A stretch of 64,000 nt of DNA from Octopus sinensis (Eukaryota). This document shows positions 63,401 to 64,000 of the stretch, one piece after another. The notes beneath the pieces were generated by a model that saw only the letters and a list, made by a program, of their open reading frames with translations, had not been told where the DNA came from and ran no database searches. Position 1 is the stretch's first letter. Each line of letters starts with the position of its first letter. Position numbers and translations under genes: made by a program. Location: contig NC_042999.1 of NCBI RefSeq assembly GCF_006345805.1, forward strand, positions 164,176,001 to 164,240,000, in the 5' to 3' direction.

Positions 63401-64000
63401 ATTGTCTCATATATGTGAGCAGCTTATATGTCCTCCTCCTCTACATCCTCATCATTTAATGTCCATTTCTCATGCTGCATGGGTTGGATGGTTTGACAGG
63501 AGCTGGCAAACCAGGAAACTGTACTAGGCCTCACTGTCTGTTTTGACATGATTTTTACAGCCGGATGCCCTTCTTAATGCCAACCACTTTACAGTGAGAA
63601 CTGGATGCTTTATACATGGCATCAGCACTGGTGGAGTCACTAAGCAAGTAACTCACAAAACGAAAATCCTTTGAGAGGTGGGTATTGGAGGTGGTGGCCT
63701 TGTACCAGGTGATGAGAGGTTAGAGAGGTGTCTTGTTGTAGAGGACAGATATGTCCGGAGAGTGAGAGCGGTGGTGGCCAGAGTAACAGCATAAGCATAT
63801 CAATGCACCCACTGACAACAGCAACAACAATAACAATAATAGAAGTGATGACAGTGATGACAACAGTGCTTCAAGCAGCAGAGACCACAATATCAAACGT
63901 TACAACAGTAGCAGTGGCAACTTTGCAGCTGGAAATGACCATTATGTCAGCAACACTGGAAGCAGCAGAATCACATTCAAGAAAAATCAGCCCTGGCAGC

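Overview
Eukaryotic, AT-rich and repeat-dense DNA. The SINE repertoire and microsatellite load suggest a coleoid cephalopod (Octopus-like); this is an inference. The only well-supported protein gene is a complete minus-strand ACADVL (mitochondrial very-long-chain acyl-CoA dehydrogenase), assembled by hand into 20 coding exons from 54136 to 16436 (1902 nt, 633 aa). All junctions are GT-AG and phase-consistent, with an N-terminal mitochondrial presequence and the catalytic RIFEGT glutamate. The rest is transposon-derived: RTE, L1/Tx1-like, Jockey/I-like and CR1/L2-like LINE relics, several tRNA-derived SINE families, two non-autonomous Helitrons, a mariner relic and piggyBac-like MITEs. The most notable signal is hammerhead ribozymes in Penelope-type repeats. 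One has an intact core (minus, 1616-1706) inside an inverted pseudo-LTR. A second, minimal one (plus, 4144-4189) sits at the 3' end of a tRNA-headed SINE with a 5' inversion and a 9-bp target duplication, a candidate Pol III/ribozyme retroelement mobilised by Penelope-like machinery. Repeat boundaries are approximate and no database searches were possible.
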